Assembly: GCA_965222235.1 (NCBI GenBank)
Contig: OZ244939.1
Location: forward strand, 94,041 to 158,040
Direction: 5' to 3'
Source of the DNA: Minisyncoccota bacterium
GTDB lineage: Bacteria; Patescibacteriota; Minisyncoccia; Phycocordibacterales; JABAAK01
Length of the DNA stretch: 64,000 bases
The notes below the pieces were generated by a model that was given only the letters and a program-made list of their open reading frames with translations, searched no databases and was not told where the DNA came from. The position numbers and the translations under genes were made by a program. Below, one piece after another: positions 30,289-39,426 of this stretch. Every line of letters begins with the position of its first letter. The first letter of the stretch is position 1.

Positions 30289-30306
30289 ATACCGCTGAGT
30301 ATACCA

Positions 30307-31335
30307 TTATTTCGACAGCAGTGCGCGGCGATGAAAATCCAGATGTCCCGTCTGAATGCTTCTGCCGATACCTCTGATGACGGCATACTCCGGTTCGTCC
30401 GCGACGTACACCGGCACATTAATCTGACGCTCAATAACTTGTGCGATATTGTTGAGCTTCGCGACACCGCCGGTTAGGATAATACCCCCTTCAATAATAT
30501 CGGAAGCGAGTTCGGGGGCGGTGTTCTGAAACAGATTCACAATAGTCTCCAGTATCTTCTGTATCTCACCCTGAACCGCCTCGGCGATATCGTTGGATGT
30601 AATGCGAATAATGCGGGGGAGTCGGGAGTTAACATCACTCCCTTTCACCTTTACCTCCGACGGCGATTCGGAAAGCGTGGCGGAACCGATGGTTTCTTTC
30701 ACCTGCCTGGCGACATCCTCGCTGATGAGCAGATGGTGCTGGCGCTGTATGTGCCGGACGACAGATGCATCCATATCATTTCCGCCGATTTTCGTTGAGC
30801 TGTAGCCGCTCATACCTCCCAGAGATATGACGGCGGCTTCGGTCAGACCCGCACCGATGTCGGTAATCATACGGCCGTGCAGTTCATCGCGGTCCATGCC
30901 GACACCGAACGCGGCAAGAATGACTTTTTGCTCGGTGAAAACATTTCTGGCGCCGGTGCGCTTGCAGGTCTGAATCACCGCACGCTCTTCCATGCTGGTG
31001 ACTTCGGTCGGGGTGCTGATTAAAATGTCGTTTCTGATAACCTGAAACATACCCCGAACTTTTTTCAGCGCTTCATACAGGTATTGCTCGGCGATGCGTT
31101 CATCCTGAATGACGCCGTGAGAAACAATGTTATGTATTGATATACTGTCCGGCGCCCTGCCGACCATTTCATGCGCGCAGTCGCCGACACATACCAGCTT
31201 CTTATGCTTCTCTTCTCCCTCAAACGCAAGTGCGCTCGGCTCGTCAAAAACGATACCGTTGTACGGAAGATATATCCTGGTGCGTGAGGTACCCAAATCA
31301 ATGCCGACATCGCGGGAAAAGGAGAATAGTGCCAT
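30307..31335 (-). CDS. second MreB/Mbl-like actin homologue (divergent)
   Basis: DVGIDLGTSRTRIY and DIGAGLTEAAVISLGGM (MreB-type phosphate motifs). Start at ATG 31335. The upstream 60 codons of the annotated ORF are probably untranslated. Confidence 0.7.
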   Translation of the reverse strand: MALFSFSRDVGIDLGTSRTRIYLPYNGIVFDEPSALAFEGEEKHKKLVCVGDCAHEMVGRAPDSISIHNIVSHGVIQDERIAEQYLYEALKKVRGMFQVIRNDILISTPTEVTSMEERAVIQTCKRTGARNVFTEQKVILAAFGVGMDRDELHGRMITDIGAGLTEAAVISLGGMSGYSSTKIGGNDMDASVVRHIQRQHHLLISEDVARQVKETIGSATLSESPSEVKVKGSDVNSRLPRIIRITSNDIAEAVQGEIQKILETIVNLFQNTAPELASDIIEGGIILTGGVAKLNNIAQVIERQINVPVYVADEPEYAVIRGIGRSIQTGHLDFHRRALLSK

Positions 31336-31665
31336 GTACGGAGTATACCACAGCGGTATTTTAGCATCCCCTTCCCTGCTACACTGGGTATGTATGGACT
31401 CAATCGGCAGACATATTCCGTCTTTTTTGAAGGATAAAAAAAACCCGACCTCGGAGCGGGCCCATGTAATACAGACAATATGCGACACGCTGTTTGACGA
31501 TACACAGTTCAAAAAAATACTCGGTCAGACGCGGCAATTTACGGTGAGTGAAATCAGATCAATTTTTGACCAGTCAAAGGGCTGGGAGAAAAACCCTCAG
31601 GCGCTTTTCTGGAAACTGTTGCGGGAAAAACAGGTACTGATCCGCGATCAGATCGATCCGGACAG

Positions 31666-31899
31666 CTAAGCCGCCGCCGATTTTAGATACGCAATGATGT
31701 CATCGCTTTCATACATCGTGATATTTTTTTCTTCGTCTATGAGAAACGGCACCTGGCGCTTTCCGCCGCGCTTCATCAACAGGTCACTGTGTTCCTGCTC
31801 CGCTATATCCTTCAGTGTCACCGGTATGTTGTGCTCGTTGGTGAACGCGAGAACTTTCTGGCAGAACGGACAGTTCGGTTTGTATAGCAGTGTGTACAT
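31666..31899 (-). CDS. glutaredoxin
   Basis: MYTLLYKPNCPFCQKV CPFC active site. 77 aa from ATG 31899. Confidence 0.7.
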   Translation of the reverse strand: MYTLLYKPNCPFCQKVLAFTNEHNIPVTLKDIAEQEHSDLLMKRGGKRQVPFLIDEEKNITMYESDDIIAYLKSAAA

Positions 31900-32017
31900 A
31901 AATATATTTCTTTTAAAATAGTAATGGTCACATTGTATCATATCCGCCGTGTGGTACCATGTGGAAGGATGTACGCTGTGCACCTGTCTTCAACAATCAA
32001 AAGAGGAGTATCCCTCA

Positions 32018-33466
32018 ATGATTACCCTTCCGACACGACCGAGCATTCACCGGATACGGCGGGAAACCGTCCGTGTCTACAAACATCTGGCCGACTTTTC
32101 CATAACCGCGAAAGTGTCGGGCAACGCGGAGAGAGACGCCGCCATCGGCGCCGCTCAATCCAGAAACCCCGCCACTCTGCTGGAGCGCATGCTGGAGCTC
32201 ACCCTCCAGGCGGTGAAGCGCATCATCGGTCGATATTTCCGTAACTACGGTCATTCATCGGTTGGCGAAATGGGCAACCTCTATCTTTCCTTTGAGGGAA
32301 TTTCAATGATCGGCGCACTGCGCACGATTAATTTCCCGCTCTTCAGGGGACAAGAAGCGTCAACCCGATATCTTGACTTCAGCGAGCCGCGGTACAGACT
32401 CCCTCAGTCCCTGTCCGTAAATCAGCATCTCCTTACCACCGTTGAACATGCGGTGCATGAGTGGTTTGGTCTGTACCGCGATGTGCTGGATATATGCCGA
32501 AATGCGTTCCGCAAAGACGGCATGCCGGAGAGTGAGATTGAGCCGCGCGCATTTGACATCGCGGGGGCATTTCTGCCCGTCGCCGCGAAAACAAGTGTAG
32601 TCATGACCTGCGATATACGGAACGCAATTGAGCAGGCGTGGCGCCTGCAGTCACATCTGGATGAAGAGGAGACACGCTGCATCGGCGAACACATGCTCGC
32701 GATAATTGACAATCTGTGCCCCAACTCGGTGAAGGAGCGTACGGAACAGGACTTGGCGGACTTACACTATGTCAGAACGATGCTGTGGGTGCTGAGCCGG
32801 GAGGACTCCGATGTATCGGCGGCACGTCAGCACAATCTCTGCTTCGCTGCAAGCACGGCCGACGCGGAAGACAATGACGGTCAGCTGAGCGACAATGAGG
32901 GGGGGGTTGCGGCTCGGATGGACTACGGGAATTTCAATTCGCAGGCATTATTCAAGGATGTCATCATGAATCCCGGTCGGGACGTCGTCCTTCGTCGCCC
33001 CGACAGCATTCTCGGACGATACGGTTCCATCACCGGCACCGGTGAGCTGTCATTCCGCTCCATGCGGGACATGTGGCGGCACCGTCCGTACGCCAAGGAG
33101 TTCCATCTCCTCCCGTACACCTTCGCCGACTGGTACATCCGGCAGCTGCCAATCGAACACCGATCACGGATTGAGGAACGAATAGACGCTATCTACAGCA
33201 CGCTGAAGCCCGTTGGGATACAACTGAGAAAAGACCTGCTCTACGCGATGCCGATGGGAATAATGAGCCGGTTTGAAATGACCGGGCCGCTGGACAAGTG
33301 GCTGTATCTCCTCAGACTTCGTTCCGGCGTGAAGGTGCATCCCGAAGTTCGGGGCATCGTACACAGCTGGATTCGCGATCTGGCGGAACACCTGTCATGC
33401 TCTGAAGACCTCTTCGGAGATATGACCCCGTCCGCGGATTACCGCAAGCGGTCCGGCGACAAATGA
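32018..33466 (+). CDS. divergent ThyX-family (flavin-dependent thymidylate synthase-like) protein, enlarged
   Basis: YGHSSVGEMGNLYLSFEGISMIGALRTINFPLFRGQEASTRY aligns with the ThyX core H.SV.EH....F...ISR....E..RHR..S.SQ.SQRY, but RHR is replaced by RTI. About 480 aa versus about 230-250 for ThyX. Confidence 0.4.
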   Translation: MITLPTRPSIHRIRRETVRVYKHLADFSITAKVSGNAERDAAIGAAQSRNPATLLERMLELTLQAVKRIIGRYFRNYGHSSVGEMGNLYLSFEGISMIGALRTINFPLFRGQEASTRYLDFSEPRYRLPQSLSVNQHLLTTVEHAVHEWFGLYRDVLDICRNAFRKDGMPESEIEPRAFDIAGAFLPVAAKTSVVMTCDIRNAIEQAWRLQSHLDEEETRCIGEHMLAIIDNLCPNSVKERTEQDLADLHYVRTMLWVLSREDSDVSAARQHNLCFAASTADAEDNDGQLSDNEGGVAARMDYGNFNSQALFKDVIMNPGRDVVLRRPDSILGRYGSITGTGELSFRSMRDMWRHRPYAKEFHLLPYTFADWYIRQLPIEHRSRIEERIDAIYSTLKPVGIQLRKDLLYAMPMGIMSRFEMTGPLDKWLYLLRLRSGVKVHPEVRGIVHSWIRDLAEHLSCSEDLFGDMTPSADYRKRSGDK

Positions 33467-33571
33467 AACTTCACCCCCTCCGAACCGGGCATCCGGTTCG
33501 GAGGGGTTTCCTTATATCAACGTGTGTATTCCACTTGTCACTTCCCCGCCGTCATATATACTGTTATATAT

Positions 33572-33644
33572 TCCGCGGTAGCTCAGCGGTAGAGCAACCG
33601 GCTGTTAACCGGTAGGTCGCAGGTTCGAATCCCGCCCGCGGAGC
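33572..33644 (+). tRNA. tRNA-Asn (GTT)
   Basis: TCCGCGGTAGCTCAGCGGTAGAGCAACCGGCTGTTAACCGGTAGGTCGCAGGTTCGAATCCCGCCCGCGGAG. Anticodon loop CTGTTAA. CCA follows. Confidence 0.8.
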
Positions 33645-33698
33645 CCAATAGTACAAAGAGAAGAAAAGTATCTTTCTATCCGCGACTTTACCGACAAT

Positions 33699-33902
33699 AT
33701 GAAACGCGAAGCCTACGAAAGACAGAAGGGTTTCTGTGTGAAATGTGAAGATTATTTTGAGATTGAAGAAATGGAGGCTGATCACACTGACCCTTGATAT
33801 GAGGGCGGTAAAACAATTACAGAAAATTGCCAGATGTTGTGTAAAAAGACAGCCGGATTAAAACTAGAAAGTAAAATGAAAAGATTGTTCCCTAGTGTCT
33901 AA
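33699..33902 (+). pseudogene. HNH endonuclease remnant with an in-frame TGA inside the HNH motif
   Basis: MKREAYERQKGFCVKCEDYFEIEEMEADHTDP-(TGA at 33795)-YEGGKTITENCQMLCKK matches C..C...(E)ADHI.P.S.GG.T..N.Q.LC..CN of HNH nucleases. It lies directly after tRNA-Asn. Confidence 0.45.
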
Positions 33903-34284
33903 TACACGAGACATATGACGATGTGTGCAATGGGTTAGAAGTGTATTCAGAAGCGATACATTACGGGAAAATTATTAATGGTGGAATAAAGCATTGTCGC
34001 CATATTTATTATGAAGATATAATGAAAGTTTTGAGTACAGGAAAATATTGGAAAAATATATAACAATATTTTTTATTATTTATCCACCCCTGGTTATGGT
34101 TTCCCCTGGATTTGGTTTGGGTAATGTTTGGGGATTTTGAGGATCACGCCCCTTGGTTATAGTTTCCCCTTGATTTGGTCTTGGTAATACAGAAGAATCA
34201 TCCTTTGACGGTTTTGACGGTTGTGGTTGGGCTGATTTATTATCTTTGGACATAATTAAATAATAGCAGTATATCACAAAAAAT

Positions 34285-34773
34285 CTAAATTATTAAGGAC
34301 AGTATAAATGGAAGTACCAGTAGGAATGAAGCAGCGATGAAAAAATATACTGCCCAACGATATAATAAAACTTTTTTCTCTAAAATACTGTTATTATTAG
34401 TAAAAGCATGTTGAGCGTCACTTATGAGTTGTAAAAGTAAATCTTTTTCAGGCTTTTCTAAATATTCAGGGTATTTCTTAAGATTTACAGAAATTGTTAA
34501 GTATTTTTTAGGGTGAGTTACAATAAGAAGGAAAATCACTGAAACTATAAGTAGCAATAAACCAGACATGCTTGCACAAAGACTTTTTCCACCAAGATTG
34601 TCAATAATAATGGGTACTGAAATAAATGCTGAATATCCAGTCATTAGAGCAATCTCAATTCCTATTAAAGTTGCAGCTTTTCCATCCAAACAATTATCGG
34701 CACTTGATAGGTGATCAATCTTGTTTTTCACTGATTCAAATAAAATTTTAAGCCCGTTATTTTCTTCTTTCAT
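34285..34773 (-). CDS. hypothetical three-TM membrane protein (island 3)
   Basis: 162 aa. Soluble N-terminal about 30 aa, then three hydrophobic helices. AT-rich. Divergent from the ParB-like gene. Confidence 0.4.
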   Translation of the reverse strand: MKEENNGLKILFESVKNKIDHLSSADNCLDGKAATLIGIEIALMTGYSAFISVPIIIDNLGGKSLCASMSGLLLLIVSVIFLLIVTHPKKYLTISVNLKKYPEYLEKPEKDLLLQLISDAQHAFTNNNSILEKKVLLYRWAVYFFIAASFLLVLPFILSLII

Positions 34774-34842
34774 TTAATTTTCACACTTTTATAATGTACA
34801 GTTTAACATAATATTTTTATCCTCTGTTATAATAATACCTAT

Positions 34843-36138
34843 ATGAATACACGGAATAGATGGCCTAAGCAGGATGTGAAACATGATGATATCGTTTTTG
34901 ATACCTATAATCCTCGATTACCTCTCGAGCAGATAGGAATGCTGAATCAGGAAAAACTTTATAATTTCTTGATAGAAAGCGGGGCTGACAGGATAGCGTA
35001 TCAGATGCGTATTGATGGCTTTCATAACAGTGAAATACTAATCGTAGTGAAAGAGGGTAGCAAATTTGTGGTTGTTGACGGCAACAGACGCCTGGCAGCT
35101 TTTCGGTATGCATGTAAAAAAGAATGGGTAGACGGTATTATCACCTTATTGCCCATCACTATCGCTCCGTCCCGGGAAGAAGCCGATCAGGAGATAGTAA
35201 CTAAACATGTCGGCAATCTAAAATCTAATTGGAATTCATTGAATCAATTAAATAAGTTGCAGGAAATTGTTTCAAGATCAAAAGTATCATTGGTTGAAAT
35301 TAGCAGACAACATCCAGCGCTAGGAAAAGAAAAAGGAATAAAAAGAAGATTAAAAAATCTTGCGATATATAATATTATTACTCGGCAACCATGGTTGACT
35401 GAGAAAGAAAAGAACATCCTCAAACAGCGCGGTATTAACATGATTAATCGTTTTTTCACCTCGAAATCCAGCAATGTATTTTTTGATTGGGATGCTATGG
35501 ATTATCCGTTTGATGAATTAGAATTGGAACGAAAAATTAATGACCCCGCGAGCAAGCGTATTATTAAACGGTATATCTTAAACAGGAACACATCAGCACA
35601 AATTAAAGCTTCGGAGGTAGAGAAGATATATCAATCCACAACATCTTCATCAGAATCCGACAAACAAGGCAGAAAGGTTTCTACTCAAAAGAAAACTACA
35701 GAGCGAACAGTTTTGGTGCCGAATGACTGCACCATTACCATAATAAAGCAAGGGAGAATAAAAAATATATACTTGGAACTTAAAAATGATCTACGGGTGG
35801 ATAAAACACCGAATGCGGCTGCAGTACTTTTCAGAGTTTTTATTGAGTTGAGCTTAGATCACTACCTGGAGAAAAAGATGAGGTATATTCCCGGAAGAAA
35901 CGAGAACATTTCTGGAAAGATCACTAAAGTTACGAACTATATGGAAAAAGAAGAAATTGCCAATAAAAACCAACTGAACAATATCAGGGGCGTTGGATCT
36001 GGAAACACTTACTTAAGTATAGAGAATTTTCACGCATATGTACACTCAACAAGAACTTCACCGACGCCGGAGGATATCAAACTGAAGTGGGACAATCTGC
36101 AGGAGTTTTTTGAGATGTTGTGGGATGATGTATCATAA
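34843..36138 (+). CDS. ParB/Sulfiredoxin-fold N-terminal domain protein with large unknown C-terminal region
   Basis: 431 aa. SKFVVVDGNRRLAAFRYA matches the ParB-nuclease DGxxR core. The C-terminal about 300 aa has no recognisable motif. The Dam-like MTase starts 8 nt after its stop. Confidence 0.55.
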   Translation: MNTRNRWPKQDVKHDDIVFDTYNPRLPLEQIGMLNQEKLYNFLIESGADRIAYQMRIDGFHNSEILIVVKEGSKFVVVDGNRRLAAFRYACKKEWVDGIITLLPITIAPSREEADQEIVTKHVGNLKSNWNSLNQLNKLQEIVSRSKVSLVEISRQHPALGKEKGIKRRLKNLAIYNIITRQPWLTEKEKNILKQRGINMINRFFTSKSSNVFFDWDAMDYPFDELELERKINDPASKRIIKRYILNRNTSAQIKASEVEKIYQSTTSSSESDKQGRKVSTQKKTTERTVLVPNDCTITIIKQGRIKNIYLELKNDLRVDKTPNAAAVLFRVFIELSLDHYLEKKMRYIPGRNENISGKITKVTNYMEKEEIANKNQLNNIRGVGSGNTYLSIENFHAYVHSTRTSPTPEDIKLKWDNLQEFFEMLWDDVS

Positions 36139-36145
36139 AAGTAGT

Positions 36146-36955
36146 ATGAAAACACCGCTTAGGTATCCTGGAGGGAAGGCGAAATTCGCTCCATATTTTT
36201 CTAATTTCATAGACGAGATGGGTATTAAAGATGCTATTTTTGTTGAGCCATTCTGCGGTGGTGCGGGTGCGGCGATAAAATTGTTGTTAGCAAGGAAGGT
36301 AAAAAAAATTTATATCAATGATTTTGACAGAAGTATTTATGCATTTTGGCATACCATCCTTAATGATTCAGAAAAAATAATTAAAAAAATCAGAAGGGCC
36401 CCTGTAACCATAGAGCAATTTGATAAGCAGCGACTTATACAAAAAAGGAAAGATTCCGTTGATTTATTTACCTTGGGATTTTCCACCTTTTTTTTGAATC
36501 GTACCGCTTTTTCAGGTATTTTGACCGGTGGTCCGATAGGCGGCAGAGCGCAAAACGGTCCGTATATGTTAGGGTGTCGTTTTAACAAAGAAGATTTGAT
36601 ACAGAGAATACAACTATTGTTCCGTCATAAGAATCAAATAAAGATTTTTAATAAAGATGCGGTTGATTTTTTGGCGATGCTTGTTATAAAAAAACTGCCG
36701 AAATCAAGAACAATATTTTACATCGATCCTCCTTATTTTGAAAAAGGTGTGTACTTGTATAAAAACAGCTATTTAACAGAAGATCATAAAGTGCTGGAAA
36801 ACACACTAAGAAAAACAAAAAAAGCAATTTTTGTTTCTTACGATAATAGAAAAGAAATTAAAGAGATATACTCCTCATGGCAATCTCACATGGTTGATGT
36901 CTCCCATTTTGCCAGGAAATATAAACCAGCTAAGGAAATTATTTTTTACAAATAG
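36146..36955 (+). CDS. Dam-family (D12 class) N6-adenine DNA methyltransferase
   Basis: PLRYPGGK, EPFCGGAGAA (motif I), NRTAFSG, IDPPY (motif IV) in the alpha-class order. Start at ATG 36146 (MKTPLRYPGGK). Confidence 0.8.
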   Translation: MKTPLRYPGGKAKFAPYFSNFIDEMGIKDAIFVEPFCGGAGAAIKLLLARKVKKIYINDFDRSIYAFWHTILNDSEKIIKKIRRAPVTIEQFDKQRLIQKRKDSVDLFTLGFSTFFLNRTAFSGILTGGPIGGRAQNGPYMLGCRFNKEDLIQRIQLLFRHKNQIKIFNKDAVDFLAMLVIKKLPKSRTIFYIDPPYFEKGVYLYKNSYLTEDHKVLENTLRKTKKAIFVSYDNRKEIKEIYSSWQSHMVDVSHFARKYKPAKEIIFYK

Positions 36956-37183
36956 TCATTTCAAAAGATATATAGTGGAAATCTCTATGCTCAAATGGCT
37001 ATTTCTGTACAGGTAATACAGTAATTGGAAAAATCTTCCAACTTATTTTTCATTTTTCGTATTGAGGTGGTGTTGCCGCTTACAATGTATTCCTTGCAAT
37101 TTTACTCTTCAAAAATATCATCAATGGTCATAGTAATACCATTTTTGATTTCAGATAGAACAATTTCTAAAATGTCCCCTCTT

Positions 37184-37999
37184 TTATTTGTTTATTTTCC
37201 ATATATTTTCTTTTAAACTTATTTTACCCTGTTTCTTCAAATTCTGCTGCGCACCTCTAACTAAATGTTTCCATTTTTTACCAAAGTGTTGACCATTTAT
37301 AATCCGATCTATTGTGTCATCACAAATATCCGGATGCGCCCTTCTGATATGTTTATTTAAACTGTCGGTTGACAATCCTTCGTGCTTATCAAGTAGGTAC
37401 AATATAGTATCTGAGAATATTCCATTTACTGTCTTACCCCCTTTTACACGATTTTTCATAAGCAACTCATTGAGTGCGCTATGTTTTCCGTCATCTTTTT
37501 CAATGATCTGCTCAATCCTTTCTGTCATTTCTAAGATCTCACTTAAAAAATTTCTGTCAAAGATATTTCCAAGAGAAAAATATTTCCGCAAATCACCCTG
37601 GATTAATTCAACAGTCTCCGTATCGCTAAACAGCACTCCGTATTCAAGATTGTTATATATCCCGCCACTTGTCAGATTTGCTGATGTAACTATTGCTTTT
37701 GTATTGTCTGTTATATAGATTTTGGCGTGTAAATTTTCCACACTTGATACTTTCACATTTTTAAATTTTTTGAAAATATCGACCATTGAATTTGGATCAG
37801 TAATACCTCTAACGATATTACTACAACTCAAATTTGCAAGAATTGTAACCGTGCAGTTTTTATTACCTGAATTCAATAAAAAATCAACGCCGACCTTGTT
37901 TATGAATGGAGAGCTTATTATTATTTCCTTCCTTGCTCCACTGAGAAAATTCCTAAAATCAGAGGCCCAATTTTTTGCTAATAACCTCGCTTCTGCCAT
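37184..37999 (-). CDS. PLD-family (single HKD) nuclease with C-terminal putative DNA-binding domain
   Basis: NLHAKIYITDNTKAIVTSANLTSGG is the HxK(x)4D(x)6GSxN motif of PLD/Nuc/BfiI-type nucleases. About 110-aa basic C-terminal extension. Convergent with the Dam-like MTase. Confidence 0.65.
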   Translation of the reverse strand: MAEARLLAKNWASDFRNFLSGARKEIIISSPFINKVGVDFLLNSGNKNCTVTILANLSCSNIVRGITDPNSMVDIFKKFKNVKVSSVENLHAKIYITDNTKAIVTSANLTSGGIYNNLEYGVLFSDTETVELIQGDLRKYFSLGNIFDRNFLSEILEMTERIEQIIEKDDGKHSALNELLMKNRVKGGKTVNGIFSDTILYLLDKHEGLSTDSLNKHIRRAHPDICDDTIDRIINGQHFGKKWKHLVRGAQQNLKKQGKISLKENIWKINK

Positions 38000-38320
38000 A
38001 AATGAATTTAATAGTCGTTTTCCCCAACCTTAGCTTTTATTATCACAATCGGGAAAAGTGTACCGTATTCCATTACATTTAGTATACCTTACAATATTAA
38101 ACAACAACCGCAAAAAATAAGGAAATCCGTCCACATATAACCCTGAACAGGAAGATATATGGGCAGATTACTGAAGTCCTCCCCCACCATCACAACCCAT
38201 ATTTTCTTTTTCAATTTGTCCGTCGCCTCACCCATTCAAAAACAGGAAATTCCTGGTGTTATACTAAACTTTATACAAAGGCTATAGATATACAAAATAC
38301 GAAAGCGGTGAAAAATATCT

Positions 38321-38569
38321 CTATTTCTCTATATTTACTCTTCCTCCACCCAAAAAAACAATACACAAATATACCCATAGCCAACCGCCAAGAATCCAAA
38401 ATGTCAACAGGGTTAATATGATGTGGAGTGCGTGGTTAATTGGTTTTTTTACTGAGACAAAATGCTCCGTTTCAGCCGTAATAATATAACCTCTCCGCAG
38501 ATAAGATTGCACTGTTTCCCTTGTATAGGTTTTTTTATTTTTGGCTGGCATATGTAAATAGTATATCAC
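38321..38569 (-). CDS. hypothetical small membrane protein
   Basis: 82 aa with two hydrophobic helices. AT-rich. Weak call. Confidence 0.2.
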   Translation of the reverse strand: MIYYLHMPAKNKKTYTRETVQSYLRRGYIITAETEHFVSVKKPINHALHIILTLLTFWILGGWLWVYLCIVFLGGGRVNIEK

Positions 38570-39284
38570 CTTTTATAACTTAACACGAAAGGAAATCCGA
38601 CTTTGTCCTCAAAACAATACACGAACAAATTTCTTGATATTCCCAAACCTTTCACCACCATTTTCTTTTTCAATCTCTTTTCGCCGCCGTTTTGCGCTTC
38701 ACGCGATTTTAATCGGCAAAAGAAAATGGATACTCACAACAACAATGTTATGTGTGTTGCTCTCTGCCACGGGGAGCGGAGCGCACGGATGGGTTGGTAT
38801 GAGCGGAGCGAATACGAGCCCACATTGAGGCGAGACGATTATCTGGCGACACTTTTGGGTTGGGGTTAAAGCTCTGGGGCGGATTGAGCGTGCGAGGTGT
38901 CGTCGGTGCATTGTCGCTCAAATTTCAACACTATCCCACCCTGAGAGCCCAATGGTAAAAGACGACACACCCCCGCCCTGCTTCCGCAGATATTGCTGAT
39001 AGTATTCCTCCGCTTTTAAAACTCGATCACGGGCAGTATCTCCGTTACAGAGGAATCCAATGTTTACAAAAGAAGATATTGGCGGAATACACCGCCTCGC
39101 GCCAGAGCAAGAAATGCGGTATCTTTGAAATCAGTGTGGAGGTGTGCGTACCGATCATTAAATCTCTTTCCATCTCGTTATCAAAAAGGGATCCCTATGG
39201 TCATCTCTGGAATCTGATCAAGGAATCTCAAATTGATGATGAATCCGTTGAAAACATACCCCTCTATGATTGACGAGATATTGT

Positions 39285-39311
39285 GACCCCGCTGAAAAGC
39301 GGGGTCCTTTT
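39285..39311 (+). terminator. rho-independent terminator
   Basis: GACCCCGC-tgaaaa-GCGGGGTC followed by CTTTTG. Confidence 0.6.
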
Positions 39312-39426
39312 GCACCGGTTGCCGACTTGGCGGTTTATTTTTGATAGTATCAGAATTTCTTGATTTTTTTTAAAATTCACAGTATTATATATATGCATTT
39401 ACTTTATTCAAAGAGGAGGCGGACAA

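Noticed and set aside
31127-31669. 180-aa + strand ORF
   Set aside because: Its first half overlaps the MreB-like gene on the opposite strand. At most a short 3' portion (about 31394-31669) could be a real small gene. The evidence is insufficient to call.
33795-33797. Genome-wide UGA recoding (code 4/25)
   Set aside because: TGA terminates well-conserved genes here (Rel-family gene 47773-47775), and conserved proteins end at TAA or TAG at expected lengths. Only the HNH fragment shows an internal TGA.
38700-39000. tmRNA / RNase P RNA / SRP RNA in the GC-rich non-coding region
   Set aside because: I could not find the tRNA-like GGTTCGA T-arm, the GGAAAGTCCGG/ACAGAA…GGCTTA RNase P blocks or the SRP GGAAGCAGCC helix-8 motif in a convincing context. 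It is left as unclassified.
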